DNA from: a virus
Taxonomy: Duplodnaviria > Caudoviricetes
Length of the DNA: 64,000 nucleotides
Virus record (IMG/VR): IMGVR_UViG_3300033551_000003
Coordinates: 815 to 64,814 of that record
Direction: 5' to 3' (one strand)
In this document: one piece after another, positions 11,075 through 19,629 of the stretch
How positions within the stretch are numbered: the stretch's first letter is position 1
Layout: the number at the start of each line of letters is the position of its first letter
Translations under genes and position numbers: made by a program
Notes under the pieces: model-generated
Seen by the model: only the letters and a program-made list of their open reading frames with translations
What the model was told of the DNA's origin: nothing
Databases searched by the model: none

Positions 11075-11320
11075 CTATGACCTCCGCTTCGTACCGAATA
11101 AGTAATCCACCCACGAGCGCCCGAGCTCCGGACTGACAGCATCGGCGGGGATCACTGCGACCGAATCGTGGTCTGGTGATACGACTACGACAGGGTGCTT
11201 AGGCACCGCGATTTGCAGCACGGTATCAGCCGGTAGCCTGACCTTCTTCATCTTGGTCTTGGTCTTGATCCGGGTCTTGACCTTGCGCTTGCTAGCAGTC
11301 TTACGCTTCTTCTTTGCCAT
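11075..11320 (-). CDS. Small very basic protein located between TIGR array segments
   Basis: MAKKKRKTASKRKVKTRIKTK...; AAGGAG RBS. Confidence 0.65.
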   Translation of the reverse strand: MAKKKRKTASKRKVKTRIKTKTKMKKVRLPADTVLQIAVPKHPVVVVSPDHDSVAVIPADAVSPELGRSWVDYLFGTKRRS

Positions 11321-11337
11321 GATCAGTCTCCTTTGGT

Positions 11338-12115
11338 TAGCACACTGTTAGTGTTTGGGTTACTCAGATTATCTGGCACACTGGCGATCAACGGGTTACT
11401 ATCATAGTGCGGCACACTGTTCCACGTTGGGCTTCTATTACGGCCTGGCACACTTTACCCCTTTGGGCTTATAAATCATACAGGGCTCGCTATCGAACAA
11501 GGGGTTTCTGTTATCCATCGGCTCGCTGGCTACGAGTGGAGGTCTCTCGAACCCTGGCACACTAGGCACTTTTGGGTTGCTTTCCAAAACCTGGCACACT
11601 AGTTCATTTTGGGTTTGCTCATGGCAGATGGCTCGCTGTCAACCTTAGGGTTGCTGGGAATTGACGGCACACTACTCGCATCCGGGCTACTTACGCTGCA
11701 TGGCACGCATCGGCGGCTTGGAGTTCTCACCGGCAGTTGGCACACTGTCACGTTATGGGTTCCTCGCAATCTGATGGCACACTACCGGGCCTTTGGGTTG
11801 CTTCATTGCCGTGGCACGCTATGAGGATTTGGGTTACTGCCTAATTTTGGCCCACTATAGTCCCACGGGATACTGGGAGGTCTTGGCACGCTGAACTTCC
11901 ATGGGCTACTACTAGGGGGTGGTGGCACGCTGGGCTTTCTCGGGTTACTAACCTTAATAGCACGCTTACGCATTTTGGTTTACTGAGTCCCTATAGCACG
12001 CTGCCGGTTCCTGGCTAGTTAGCTTTGTTACCTCGGCACGCTGATCTCTTCTGGATTTGCTGGCTGATCAAAGGCGCGCTCACCTGTTTTGGGTTACTGA
12101 GTTCTTGTGGCACTA
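11338..12115 (-). ncRNA. TIGR array 1b (~21 units)
   Basis: Same dual-repeat ~36-nt period (GGCACACT at 11375, 11411, 11447...). Confidence 0.88.
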
Positions 12116-12467
12116 TTCTCCACCTTCTCCTGGGTCCACCACCATCAATACGATGGCCGCCGCGAGCACCAGCACTAGATATGCCGCCAGGTCAGGCCCT
12201 GTCATCCGATTGGGTTGCTCGCAACTTGGCCGCTATGATCCTGGCCGCTGTGGACTCCGCCTGGTACTTGTTTATCAACGGCTGGGGGGCCTTGATCTTA
12301 CGCATTTGAACGGCTAGCCCCTCATCGGTAGCGGCCTCCTGCTCCAGGTAGGCCGCGAACCGATCCCGTTCCTCCGCCGTCAGCCGTAAACCCACAGCAG
12401 TTCTCCGATTATGTAGATGATCGTCACCACCAACACTAGCGCAACCAGGCCATAGGTCATAACACTG

Positions 12468-12902
12468 TCATTCACGACCGTACACCTTAAATACGCCATT
12501 GGGCCAGAGCACGTAGACGACCTTGCCCACCCTCTTAGCATAACGCACAGTCGCCCAAGTACCCGACCGAAGCTTTTCCTTAAAGCCAGCGGGGGCTGCT
12601 ATCAAGTAATCAACAGCATCCACTATGTCGTGGTTACGCTCCAAGTAGGGTTTTGGGGGCAGTACACGCTTGGCCTGCTTATAGGCACGGGCGCGGGGGT
12701 TATCAGGCGGGTGGATCACTGGCTTTAGACGTAAGGCCGTACAGATATCATGCGCCTCTGCGTCCGCCCCAATACAATCACCGTGATGTAATTCAGTCCC
12801 AACGGAATAGTCATTCAGGCACACACGCAGAGCGTCCAACTGCGCAGCAGTCATTCCGCGCTTGGTACCTGTAAAACCTATCCTATACACGGGGCGATCC
12901 AT
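12468..12902 (-). CDS. SLOG/YspA/DprA-like Rossmann-fold nucleotide-binding protein
   Basis: IGFTGT..., HHGDCIGADAEAH, ERNHDIVD, SGTWATVRYA; likely start MDRPVY at 12902. Confidence 0.75.
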   Translation of the reverse strand: MDRPVYRIGFTGTKRGMTAAQLDALRVCLNDYSVGTELHHGDCIGADAEAHDICTALRLKPVIHPPDNPRARAYKQAKRVLPPKPYLERNHDIVDAVDYLIAAPAGFKEKLRSGTWATVRYAKRVGKVVYVLWPNGVFKVYGRE

Positions 12903-13098
12903 CGGCCTGTCGCGTAATAGCAACATTGGCCCACATCGCAGTCGTACGATGGTTCCTAACCACCCAGGTCTTATCGGGGCCGTCCGGGAGCTCCTTCTCC
13001 AACACCTCACTAAATACCTTAGCAGCTTCCCGTACGCGCTGCATGCGCTCCACCTGCTCAGGGGTCGGTTGAAGATAATCGTAGGCTGACGTATGCAT
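12883..13098 (-). CDS. Acb2/Tad1-like helical-hairpin (cyclic nucleotide sponge family) protein
   Basis: YLQPTPEQVERMQRVREAAK.F...LPDGPDK......TTAMWANVAITR resembles the family consensus. Confidence 0.6.
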   Translation of the reverse strand: MHTSAYDYLQPTPEQVERMQRVREAAKVFSEVLEKELPDGPDKTWVVRNHRTTAMWANVAITRQADGSPRV

Positions 13099-13134
13099 GG
13101 TTTATCTCCCTTTTCCACGCCTATACATACAAAG

Positions 13135-13665
13135 CTAGGCCGCCGATGCAGCCTCCAGATCATTACCGCCAATCAATATTGTGGCCTTACGTCCAAGGTA
13201 ATCCAACAACACTCGTTCCCGATCCTTAGGACCAGTACCATCATAGATACCGACAAACCCTGTCAGGTGACCATTCACTACTCGCACAGTCTCACCCACG
13301 CGGAACCGGCTGTCCTCTCCATTGTACTTGGGAAGGTTAACAAAGCCATCCGACCCCTCTAGCAGGTGTAGCCGCTCAATCTCTGCATCGGGCATGATAG
13401 CGGGTAGGCCGCCCTGTAGTACAACAGTCAATACCCCAAAGGTGCCTAGCAGGAACCGCCAGCGCCCCTCGTTCTTCACAAATATGTAGCCCGGGAACAG
13501 GCTACTGACCTTCTTCTCGGCAACAGCCTTTGCCCGGGCTTTCTTACGCACAGCGATCCGTGGGTAGTAGAACGTACCCCCCTGATTAGCAATATTCTCG
13601 CAGGCCCAGGCCTCCCGCTGACTATGTGTCCGAACAACCAGCCAGCCACGCACCTCTAGAAGCAT
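13135..13665 (-). CDS. NusG/RfaH-family transcription antitermination factor
   Basis: WLVVRT, LFPGYIFV (NGN) and KOW FRVGETVRVVNGHLTGFVG. Confidence 0.88.
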   Translation of the reverse strand: MLLEVRGWLVVRTHSQREAWACENIANQGGTFYYPRIAVRKKARAKAVAEKKVSSLFPGYIFVKNEGRWRFLLGTFGVLTVVLQGGLPAIMPDAEIERLHLLEGSDGFVNLPKYNGEDSRFRVGETVRVVNGHLTGFVGIYDGTGPKDRERVLLDYLGRKATILIGGNDLEAASAA

Positions 13666-13746
13666 GCAGATGGTCCTCACCAGGGATAAAATCCCCAAAT
13701 CCTTAAACCTGGTGAGGATGGAAGTCAACGACCGATAGCAGAATCA

Positions 13747-14115
13747 TTACGTCAGGGTCAGAAACGGTCCCTGGATGATAAGTAAGTCACCATTGTGTAC
13801 AGCGATGGGCTTACCATAATCCCTAGTAATATCAAACCGTAGCAGAAGGCGCTTACCCAGCACCGTTACGTCTAATATCGCATAGGAGACGTCGTAAATC
13901 TCCTCTGTAGTGTTCTCCCACCTAACATCGGCTGCCAGGTCGGTAAGTGGTATAGACACAATCTCCCGGTCGAGCGTGTCGTCGTAGAGATAGAGCCTAG
14001 CCAAGTTCGGATCAGGCAAAGCCGGTGGCTCTAGTGCAGCAATAGCTGGACTAGCAGCAGCAACCCCTGCCGTCACTCCCCCCACCAGCACCGCACGCCG
14101 ATTAATCTCTACCAT
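13747..14115 (-). CDS. Hypothetical protein with twin-arginine (Tat)-like signal peptide
   Basis: INRRAVLVGGVTAGVAAASPAIA. Confidence 0.55.
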   Translation of the reverse strand: MVEINRRAVLVGGVTAGVAAASPAIAALEPPALPDPNLARLYLYDDTLDREIVSIPLTDLAADVRWENTTEEIYDVSYAILDVTVLGKRLLLRFDITRDYGKPIAVHNGDLLIIQGPFLTLT

Positions 14116-14280
14116 GGGCTTCCCTTTCTACCCGCTTGGGCGTATATCGCTCAACCTCATATCTCAGGGCTGCGGTAGCCTGCTGGTAATAGGCTAACTC
14201 CGTCCGCAGCCGCACAATCTCGGCCATCAGATCGTCATACAGCGCCGCCTTGGCGCAGCACTCGCGCTCTATGATATCAG

Positions 14281-14493
14281 TCATGGGCTAAAGTCCTTGG
14301 TCCATCCAACGTGTGCTGGCTCGATAGGCCCACATTTGCTGCACCGTATCTTAGGGAACCTACACATCCCCGACCAATTTTCTTTCCACGTCATTGTCTC
14401 GGGGAATTTTAGGAAGCGGGCACACTGGGGGCACAGCCGCTCGAATGCCGGGCCATCCTCTCCATAGCAAATAAGCGGCGCTTCGCGGCCCAT
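14281..14493 (-). CDS. Small Zn-ribbon protein
   Basis: CPQC and CSKC. Confidence 0.45.
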   Translation of the reverse strand: MGREAPLICYGEDGPAFERLCPQCARFLKFPETMTWKENWSGMCRFPKIRCSKCGPIEPAHVGWTKDFSP

Positions 14494-14496
14494 CGC

Positions 14497-14775
14497 TCAT
14501 GTCCCGCGAGTGCTGAGTTCTACGGCGGCTTCCCGTAGGAGCACTAAAAGTTCAGCGAGGTCCGGGGTGACGTGCGAGCCAATCTCGACGCACACCCGTT
14601 CGCCAGCAGCCCACTCACGTTCCGAGTAGTATCGGACGTGAGTGAACTCGCTGGTCCCGTCACGGTAGTTATGCGGCTGCTTCTCAATTACCCACGGCTC
14701 CGGGTACTTCGCAATCAACTCGCGGATACGGGCCGCTCTGGCTTCTGGGGTCATCTCACTAATCTCCATCGTCAT
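14497..14775 (-). CDS. Hypothetical protein
   Basis: ORF in tightly packed minus-strand run. Confidence 0.5.
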   Translation of the reverse strand: MTMEISEMTPEARAARIRELIAKYPEPWVIEKQPHNYRDGTSEFTHVRYYSEREWAAGERVCVEIGSHVTPDLAELLVLLREAAVELSTRGT

Positions 14776-15496
14776 CGCTCATGTCCTACGATTGCTCAAT
14801 CTCTCCACCAAATCAAACGGTGGGCCTTGCACTCCGTATCTCGCCCCACAGACATCGCAACTCTCGCACCAATCATGACCGCCGTCCTCATAGAACCAAA
14901 TGCCCACCGCTTTGCAGTTTCGGCATCGTGGCTTTCTTGAAAAGAAACCAAGTAGCTTTTTTATCAAACTCATCGCTCGCCTACCACGAGATAGTAGAGA
15001 CGCCGGAAGCTCGCAGCCGCTCTAGCCCTCGGATCAACGCCTGCATCTTGCGAGCGTGGCTATGGAGGTACTTGTCAGGGTTCTTGACCTGTACGTCGGG
15101 AAAGCTCCAGTCGATCGAGCGACGATCCGCCCGCATACGCTTGCGGAAGGTGGAGTCCTTACCGATGGTTATTAAACCCTTAAACGGTCCTGAGCGCATC
15201 ACACCTTTGCCGTACTGTTGATAAAAAACAAGGGCTGGCTCCCCCAATCCCAAGTAATGTCAGCCCCCGCTATTACTGATGTGCTGTAGTGACAAGACCA
15301 GGCTACAATCGGGCCATCGGCTAGTGGCATCCCGTAGATGATCACGGCCTGCTTCGTCACCACCACAGTCTCCTCCGACTCATTGACCCACCGTACCCAG
15401 GGCTTTTTGAGGCTAGCAATCGGTAGCTCAGCAATTATACGATCACCACTCCATAACACGAGGTCGGCGTTTACAACGTAAAGCGACTCGAAGGTA

Positions 15497-16588
15497 TCAG
15501 GTGTACTTGCGTCGTACAGGTTCAAATTGATGCTCGATGTCCGCCCACGCTTTGACAACGACTTGGCGGATCTGTTCCGCGCGCTTGGCGTACTCGGCAT
15601 TGGGGAGGCCTTCCATTTCCTGGATGAACTTAACCACAGCGCTATCAGGCCTAGCATCACCGCCATCTCCCTTACGTTTTAGCTTTTCACCAGCACGCTC
15701 CGCCTTGCTACGCTTAGCAATACCGATGCGGTCACCCAAACCTTGCTCTACCAGGAACTCTACGGACGCCTGGATATCGTCAATGCCGTAGCCGAACCTA
15801 ACCGGGAACATGCACTTGCGAAAGGGCACGCTGACCTTATTTTTCCGACAGTGGGCAAGCACCCGAATACCGGTGGCGCGCTTCTCCCCACGGATGGTCT
15901 GCGTCAGCGTCTTTATGTGCGACAACCACACAATATGCGTGGCGTAGAAGTCCAGGGACTTGCCCCCGGAGCGGCGCTGCTTCTCACCGATGACGTAGCC
16001 TATCTTGTCCCGCACCTGGGACACGATGATAAGGCACAGGTTACCTCGCTTAAAGTCACCAATCATCTGCTCGAATAGCTGCCCCAATATCTTTTGCTTC
16101 TCCAACGCGTAGGAGCCCTCCCCCGGGTCCCGGGCCAGCGCCGCCTTGGAGGTCAGCGCGTCCAGGGAGTCAATTATGTAGAGGCCTTCGGCATCGTTAG
16201 CGGCATGCCACTTACAAACCTTGCGTAGGTCTATAAAGACATCCTCGATGGTACGCCAATGCGTGTCAATGCCCTCCGGACCAAAGTCCACCCGATCCTC
16301 TGGCAGGCCCAGCCGTCCTGCGTAGGGAATGTCAAAGGCGGACTCGGCCTCCCGGTAGTAGATCCGTCCCTTGGGATAGGCCCGGGCAAAGTTAGCACAG
16401 GCCTCTATAGCCACCAGGGTCTTGCCAGTGGACTTATCACCGACGACGTTAGCTACCCGTTGCAGCACCCAACCCCCACCGAGTATACAATCTAGCAATG
16501 TACACCCGGTGGGGATAAACTGCTTGGGCTTACGTTCATCCGGGAAGTAATCACCCCCCACCCGGAGCGGTATGCGGCGCGCAACCAT
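15497..16588 (-). CDS. recA: RecA/UvsX-like recombinase
   Basis: IPTGCTLLDCILGGG, Walker A GDKSTGKT, YIIDSLDAL, SQVRDKIG, SGGKSLDFYA, KNKV. Confidence 0.92.
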   Translation of the reverse strand: MVARRIPLRVGGDYFPDERKPKQFIPTGCTLLDCILGGGWVLQRVANVVGDKSTGKTLVAIEACANFARAYPKGRIYYREAESAFDIPYAGRLGLPEDRVDFGPEGIDTHWRTIEDVFIDLRKVCKWHAANDAEGLYIIDSLDALTSKAALARDPGEGSYALEKQKILGQLFEQMIGDFKRGNLCLIIVSQVRDKIGYVIGEKQRRSGGKSLDFYATHIVWLSHIKTLTQTIRGEKRATGIRVLAHCRKNKVSVPFRKCMFPVRFGYGIDDIQASVEFLVEQGLGDRIGIAKRSKAERAGEKLKRKGDGGDARPDSAVVKFIQEMEGLPNAEYAKRAEQIRQVVVKAWADIEHQFEPVRRKYT

Positions 16589-16596
16589 TATAGGTT

Positions 16597-17976
16597 TTAT
16601 TCCCTACGCAACCGGCCTAAGGCCCGCTGGGCCTGACGGCTAGGGGTTTCCTCGGCGTCAGCGGCCCGCACTGGCCGCCTCACTGTCTTGCCACCCCTAG
16701 CCTCCGCCCGCCTACCCCGGGGGGCGTCTTCCTCGCCCTCATCGTCCTCACGGCCCTTACCGTTGGTGGAAGCCTCGTCCTCCTCGTCGTCGTCCCTAGT
16801 ACGACGGGCCTTAACGGTGCGGTCGCGGCGACCGGCCTCTTCCTCATCGTCATCCACCGGGGCAGCACGCCGTCGGCGAGGAGTGGGCTTCTCGGCCTCT
16901 TCCTCCTCGCCGGTCCCCTCGGTCGCGGCGTCATCATCGGCGTCCTCCTCCCGACGCCTAGCAGACCGGGGCTTATCCACATCAAAAGGGAGCTCCTCCT
17001 CATCGGGCTCCTTGCCCGTGCGCCGCCGCCGCGTGGGAGCAACCTCTTCCTCCTCACTAGCAGCAGAGCGAGGGCCAACTCTATGAAAGCGTGGATTGGG
17101 AGCTTCAGGTTCGTCCTTGGCCCGACGACGCTTCGAAGACGCAACCTCCTCGTCCTCAGCCTCTTCAGACCGGGCACGGCGGGAGCGGGCATCCTCCTCC
17201 TCATCCTCAGCATCCGGGCGAGCACGCCGCCGCTTCGTGGGGGCAACCTCTTCTTCCTCCTCGGTCTCGGTCTTGCGACGGTTCTCCGTCTTGCCTAGCA
17301 GGACCTTCTCGATATGCTCGTACTCGTAGAACTGGAGGATGGACGGCAGGGGGTTCTCCTCAATGTACTCCAGCCATTGGTTCTGCTTCTTCTCGCTCTT
17401 CTCGTTGATAGCCGATGCCTCCCGTGAGACCTCCAGCGCCGTGTACTGTGTCCGCAGGTCCCGGCCCTCGCGGTTGAACATGATATCGTAACCGTCCTCG
17501 GGGTGATCGATCTTGATAACGCCCCCGAGCTTCTTGTCCTGTGCCCGATTGTTGACATCGCGGAACATACGCAGGGGCATGGCCCACCACTGCGGACCGA
17601 TCTGTTCGTTGTCGCGGTCGATGAGCCAGATCAGCCCTCGCCACTTGGGGGAGGCCTCCGCCCACTCATCATCGGTCATCTCGGCGCGCGCATCACACAC
17701 CGGACAGGCCTTCTTCAACATCATCTTGGAGCAGAGATAGGCGCCACCATCCGCGCCCACCCTATAGTGCAGGAAAATGGGGATCTCCCAATTGTTCCCG
17801 TACTTATCCAGGTCGTCCCAGGTGGCCGGTAGGATACGGATCTGGTTCTCACCCTCGCGGGGCTTGAACATTGTAAAGTCCGGCAGCACGTAGCTGTCGT
17901 AGCCCCCACCCGACTGCTTCGCGCGCTTCATAACTGTTTCGACAGTGCGGCTGTTTCCACGGTACTTAAAAGCCAT
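16597..17976 (-). CDS. Single-stranded DNA-binding protein (gp32-like) with long acidic/Arg-rich tail
   Basis: GENQIRILP, CPVC, HPEDGYDIMFNREG..TQY; located between recA and a UvsY-like gene. Confidence 0.75.
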   Translation of the reverse strand: MAFKYRGNSRTVETVMKRAKQSGGGYDSYVLPDFTMFKPREGENQIRILPATWDDLDKYGNNWEIPIFLHYRVGADGGAYLCSKMMLKKACPVCDARAEMTDDEWAEASPKWRGLIWLIDRDNEQIGPQWWAMPLRMFRDVNNRAQDKKLGGVIKIDHPEDGYDIMFNREGRDLRTQYTALEVSREASAINEKSEKKQNQWLEYIEENPLPSILQFYEYEHIEKVLLGKTENRRKTETEEEEEVAPTKRRRARPDAEDEEEDARSRRARSEEAEDEEVASSKRRRAKDEPEAPNPRFHRVGPRSAASEEEEVAPTRRRRTGKEPDEEELPFDVDKPRSARRREEDADDDAATEGTGEEEEAEKPTPRRRRAAPVDDDEEEAGRRDRTVKARRTRDDDEEDEASTNGKGREDDEGEEDAPRGRRAEARGGKTVRRPVRAADAEETPSRQAQRALGRLRRE

Positions 17977-18119
17977 TTTACTTCTCTCCTTCTTTCGACT
18001 CTCTCTTGAACTGGCGCATATACTCGTACTTCGTCCTAAAGTAGGCGAACGAAGCGCTCCTTACAACAGCATACGCGAAGACCACTAGCATCAACCCCAG
18101 CAAAAACAAACGAGCAACC

Positions 18120-18698
18120 TCAGTCAGTTCCATCGTTGTCACCTTCCAAGCGTAGCCGCCGCCGTTCCTCCCCCTCCATCAAGGAGCGTGAGCGCGCAAT
18201 TATCTCATCGCGCGCCCCACCCATCGAACCGCGTGCTGATATACGTGATAGATGCGTACTAACTAATTCCTTAAGCATATAGGACCGTTGCTCGTAGGAC
18301 TCCTTAAGTACACCCCAACGTGCCGCTAATGTCTTAAACTCCAGGTATTCCTGCCCCAGGCGCTTGACCTCCGGGGCCTGCTTTATGGCCCGCTTTATCT
18401 CAGGCTCGGTGATCTTCTCCGCATGCTTGGCAGCTTGCGTACGCAGCCGATCATCCTCAGCGGCCTCAGCCTCCTCCAGCATGAGCTTAGTCGCATCACG
18501 GGAGGCGTTGGCCAGCACCTGGCCCTCCGACACCTGATAGAACAACTCCGGCTGCTCCTGTAGGCACAGGTCCAGGTCATCCCGATCTATGGCTAGCTTC
18601 CGACGGTAACGCTCCAACGCATTCCGATCATAGGCCTGGGCCTGGCCCGCCTTGGCCTGAAGCTGGACGGGTTCGGTAGACATACGTGGCTTAGGCAT
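18120..18698 (-). CDS. UvsY-like recombination mediator (coiled coil)
   Basis: LAIDRDDLD...QPELF, KITEPEIK, ESYEQRSYMLKEL; context. Confidence 0.55.
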   Translation of the reverse strand: MPKPRMSTEPVQLQAKAGQAQAYDRNALERYRRKLAIDRDDLDLCLQEQPELFYQVSEGQVLANASRDATKLMLEEAEAAEDDRLRTQAAKHAEKITEPEIKRAIKQAPEVKRLGQEYLEFKTLAARWGVLKESYEQRSYMLKELVSTHLSRISARGSMGGARDEIIARSRSLMEGEERRRLRLEGDNDGTD

Positions 18699-18699
18699 G

Positions 18700-19629
18700 C
18701 TACTCTCCTCCTAGGCATATTTTACCGCAGGCCATCACCAATGGGCTTACACCATCGGAGGAATGGAAGGGCTGCGAGAAGACATCTAGTATCTCCAGAG
18801 CCCCACCAGCCGCCTGCTCGGTCTTAGCGTTGAGCACCACCGTCGTCATATAGGCACGGATGATGTGCCGCACCGACTCCGGGTTATCCTCCTTCAACCG
18901 CGCCAGCAGGCTTTGTATCTCCTTCCAACCGGCCCGCTTCATCAAGGCCCGGGCCAGCTGAATAGCCTCAGCCGACTCCCCCGCCGACCGTAGCAGCTTG
19001 CGGGCGTCATCAACGGTGGCACTAGCGCACAGCGCCAGGTTGGAGATAGCCTGACGGGGGGAGCCACCAGCCGCCTCCGCACAAAGCACCAGGATGTCGC
19101 TATCGGTCTTGAATTTCTCTTCCTCCGATATAAACGACAATAGCTCTATCAGCTTGCGACTAGTCACAGGCCTCAGGTCGCAATGGACGCAACGGGTCTT
19201 AACGGTGGGTAGTATACGATTGGCCTCTGTAGTACACAGGAACCAATAGACCCAATCCGGGGGCTTCTCGAGGATCTTGAGTAGGGACTGGATGGCCGCC
19301 TTGCTCAAGGCGTGGGCCTCGTCCACGATCACAGCCTTAATAGTACCAGCACCGATAGGACGGTACATGAGCCCACTGGTGACGTTCCGCATGTCCTCTA
19401 TACCGGTATTGGTGGCGGCATCTATGTCCACTAGGTCCCCAGGCAGGCAACCGAGCTCATTCGCCATTATGTAGGCCAGAGTAGTCTTACCCACACCCGA
19501 TGGACCGGTGAATAGGAACGCTCGCGCCAATCCCTTCTTAAGGGCAAGCTGGAGCGCCTGCACCACGGCATCATGACCCACAACCGCGTCGAAGCGGGTC
19601 GGTCGGTACTTATCAATTAATGCAGTCAT
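18700..19629 (-). CDS. dnaX: Clamp loader, DNA pol III gamma/tau-like AAA+ ATPase
   Basis: LIDKYRPTRFDAVVGH, GPSGVGKTT, IVDEAHALS, LLKILEKPP, TVKTRC. Confidence 0.9.
   Translation of the reverse strand: MTALIDKYRPTRFDAVVGHDAVVQALQLALKKGLARAFLFTGPSGVGKTTLAYIMANELGCLPGDLVDIDAATNTGIEDMRNVTSGLMYRPIGAGTIKAVIVDEAHALSKAAIQSLLKILEKPPDWVYWFLCTTEANRILPTVKTRCVHCDLRPVTSRKLIELLSFISEEEKFKTDSDILVLCAEAAGGSPRQAISNLALCASATVDDARKLLRSAGESAEAIQLARALMKRAGWKEIQSLLARLKEDNPESVRHIIRAYMTTVVLNAKTEQAAGGALEILDVFSQPFHSSDGVSPLVMACGKICLGGE

Noticed and set aside
10340-12317. ORF-track ORFs overlapping TIGR arrays (e.g. 10340-10555, 10382-10684, 11609-11824; also 55834-56154, 56289-56748)
   Set aside because: By-products of 36-nt periodicity; no RBS, repetitive SNP/GLL translations
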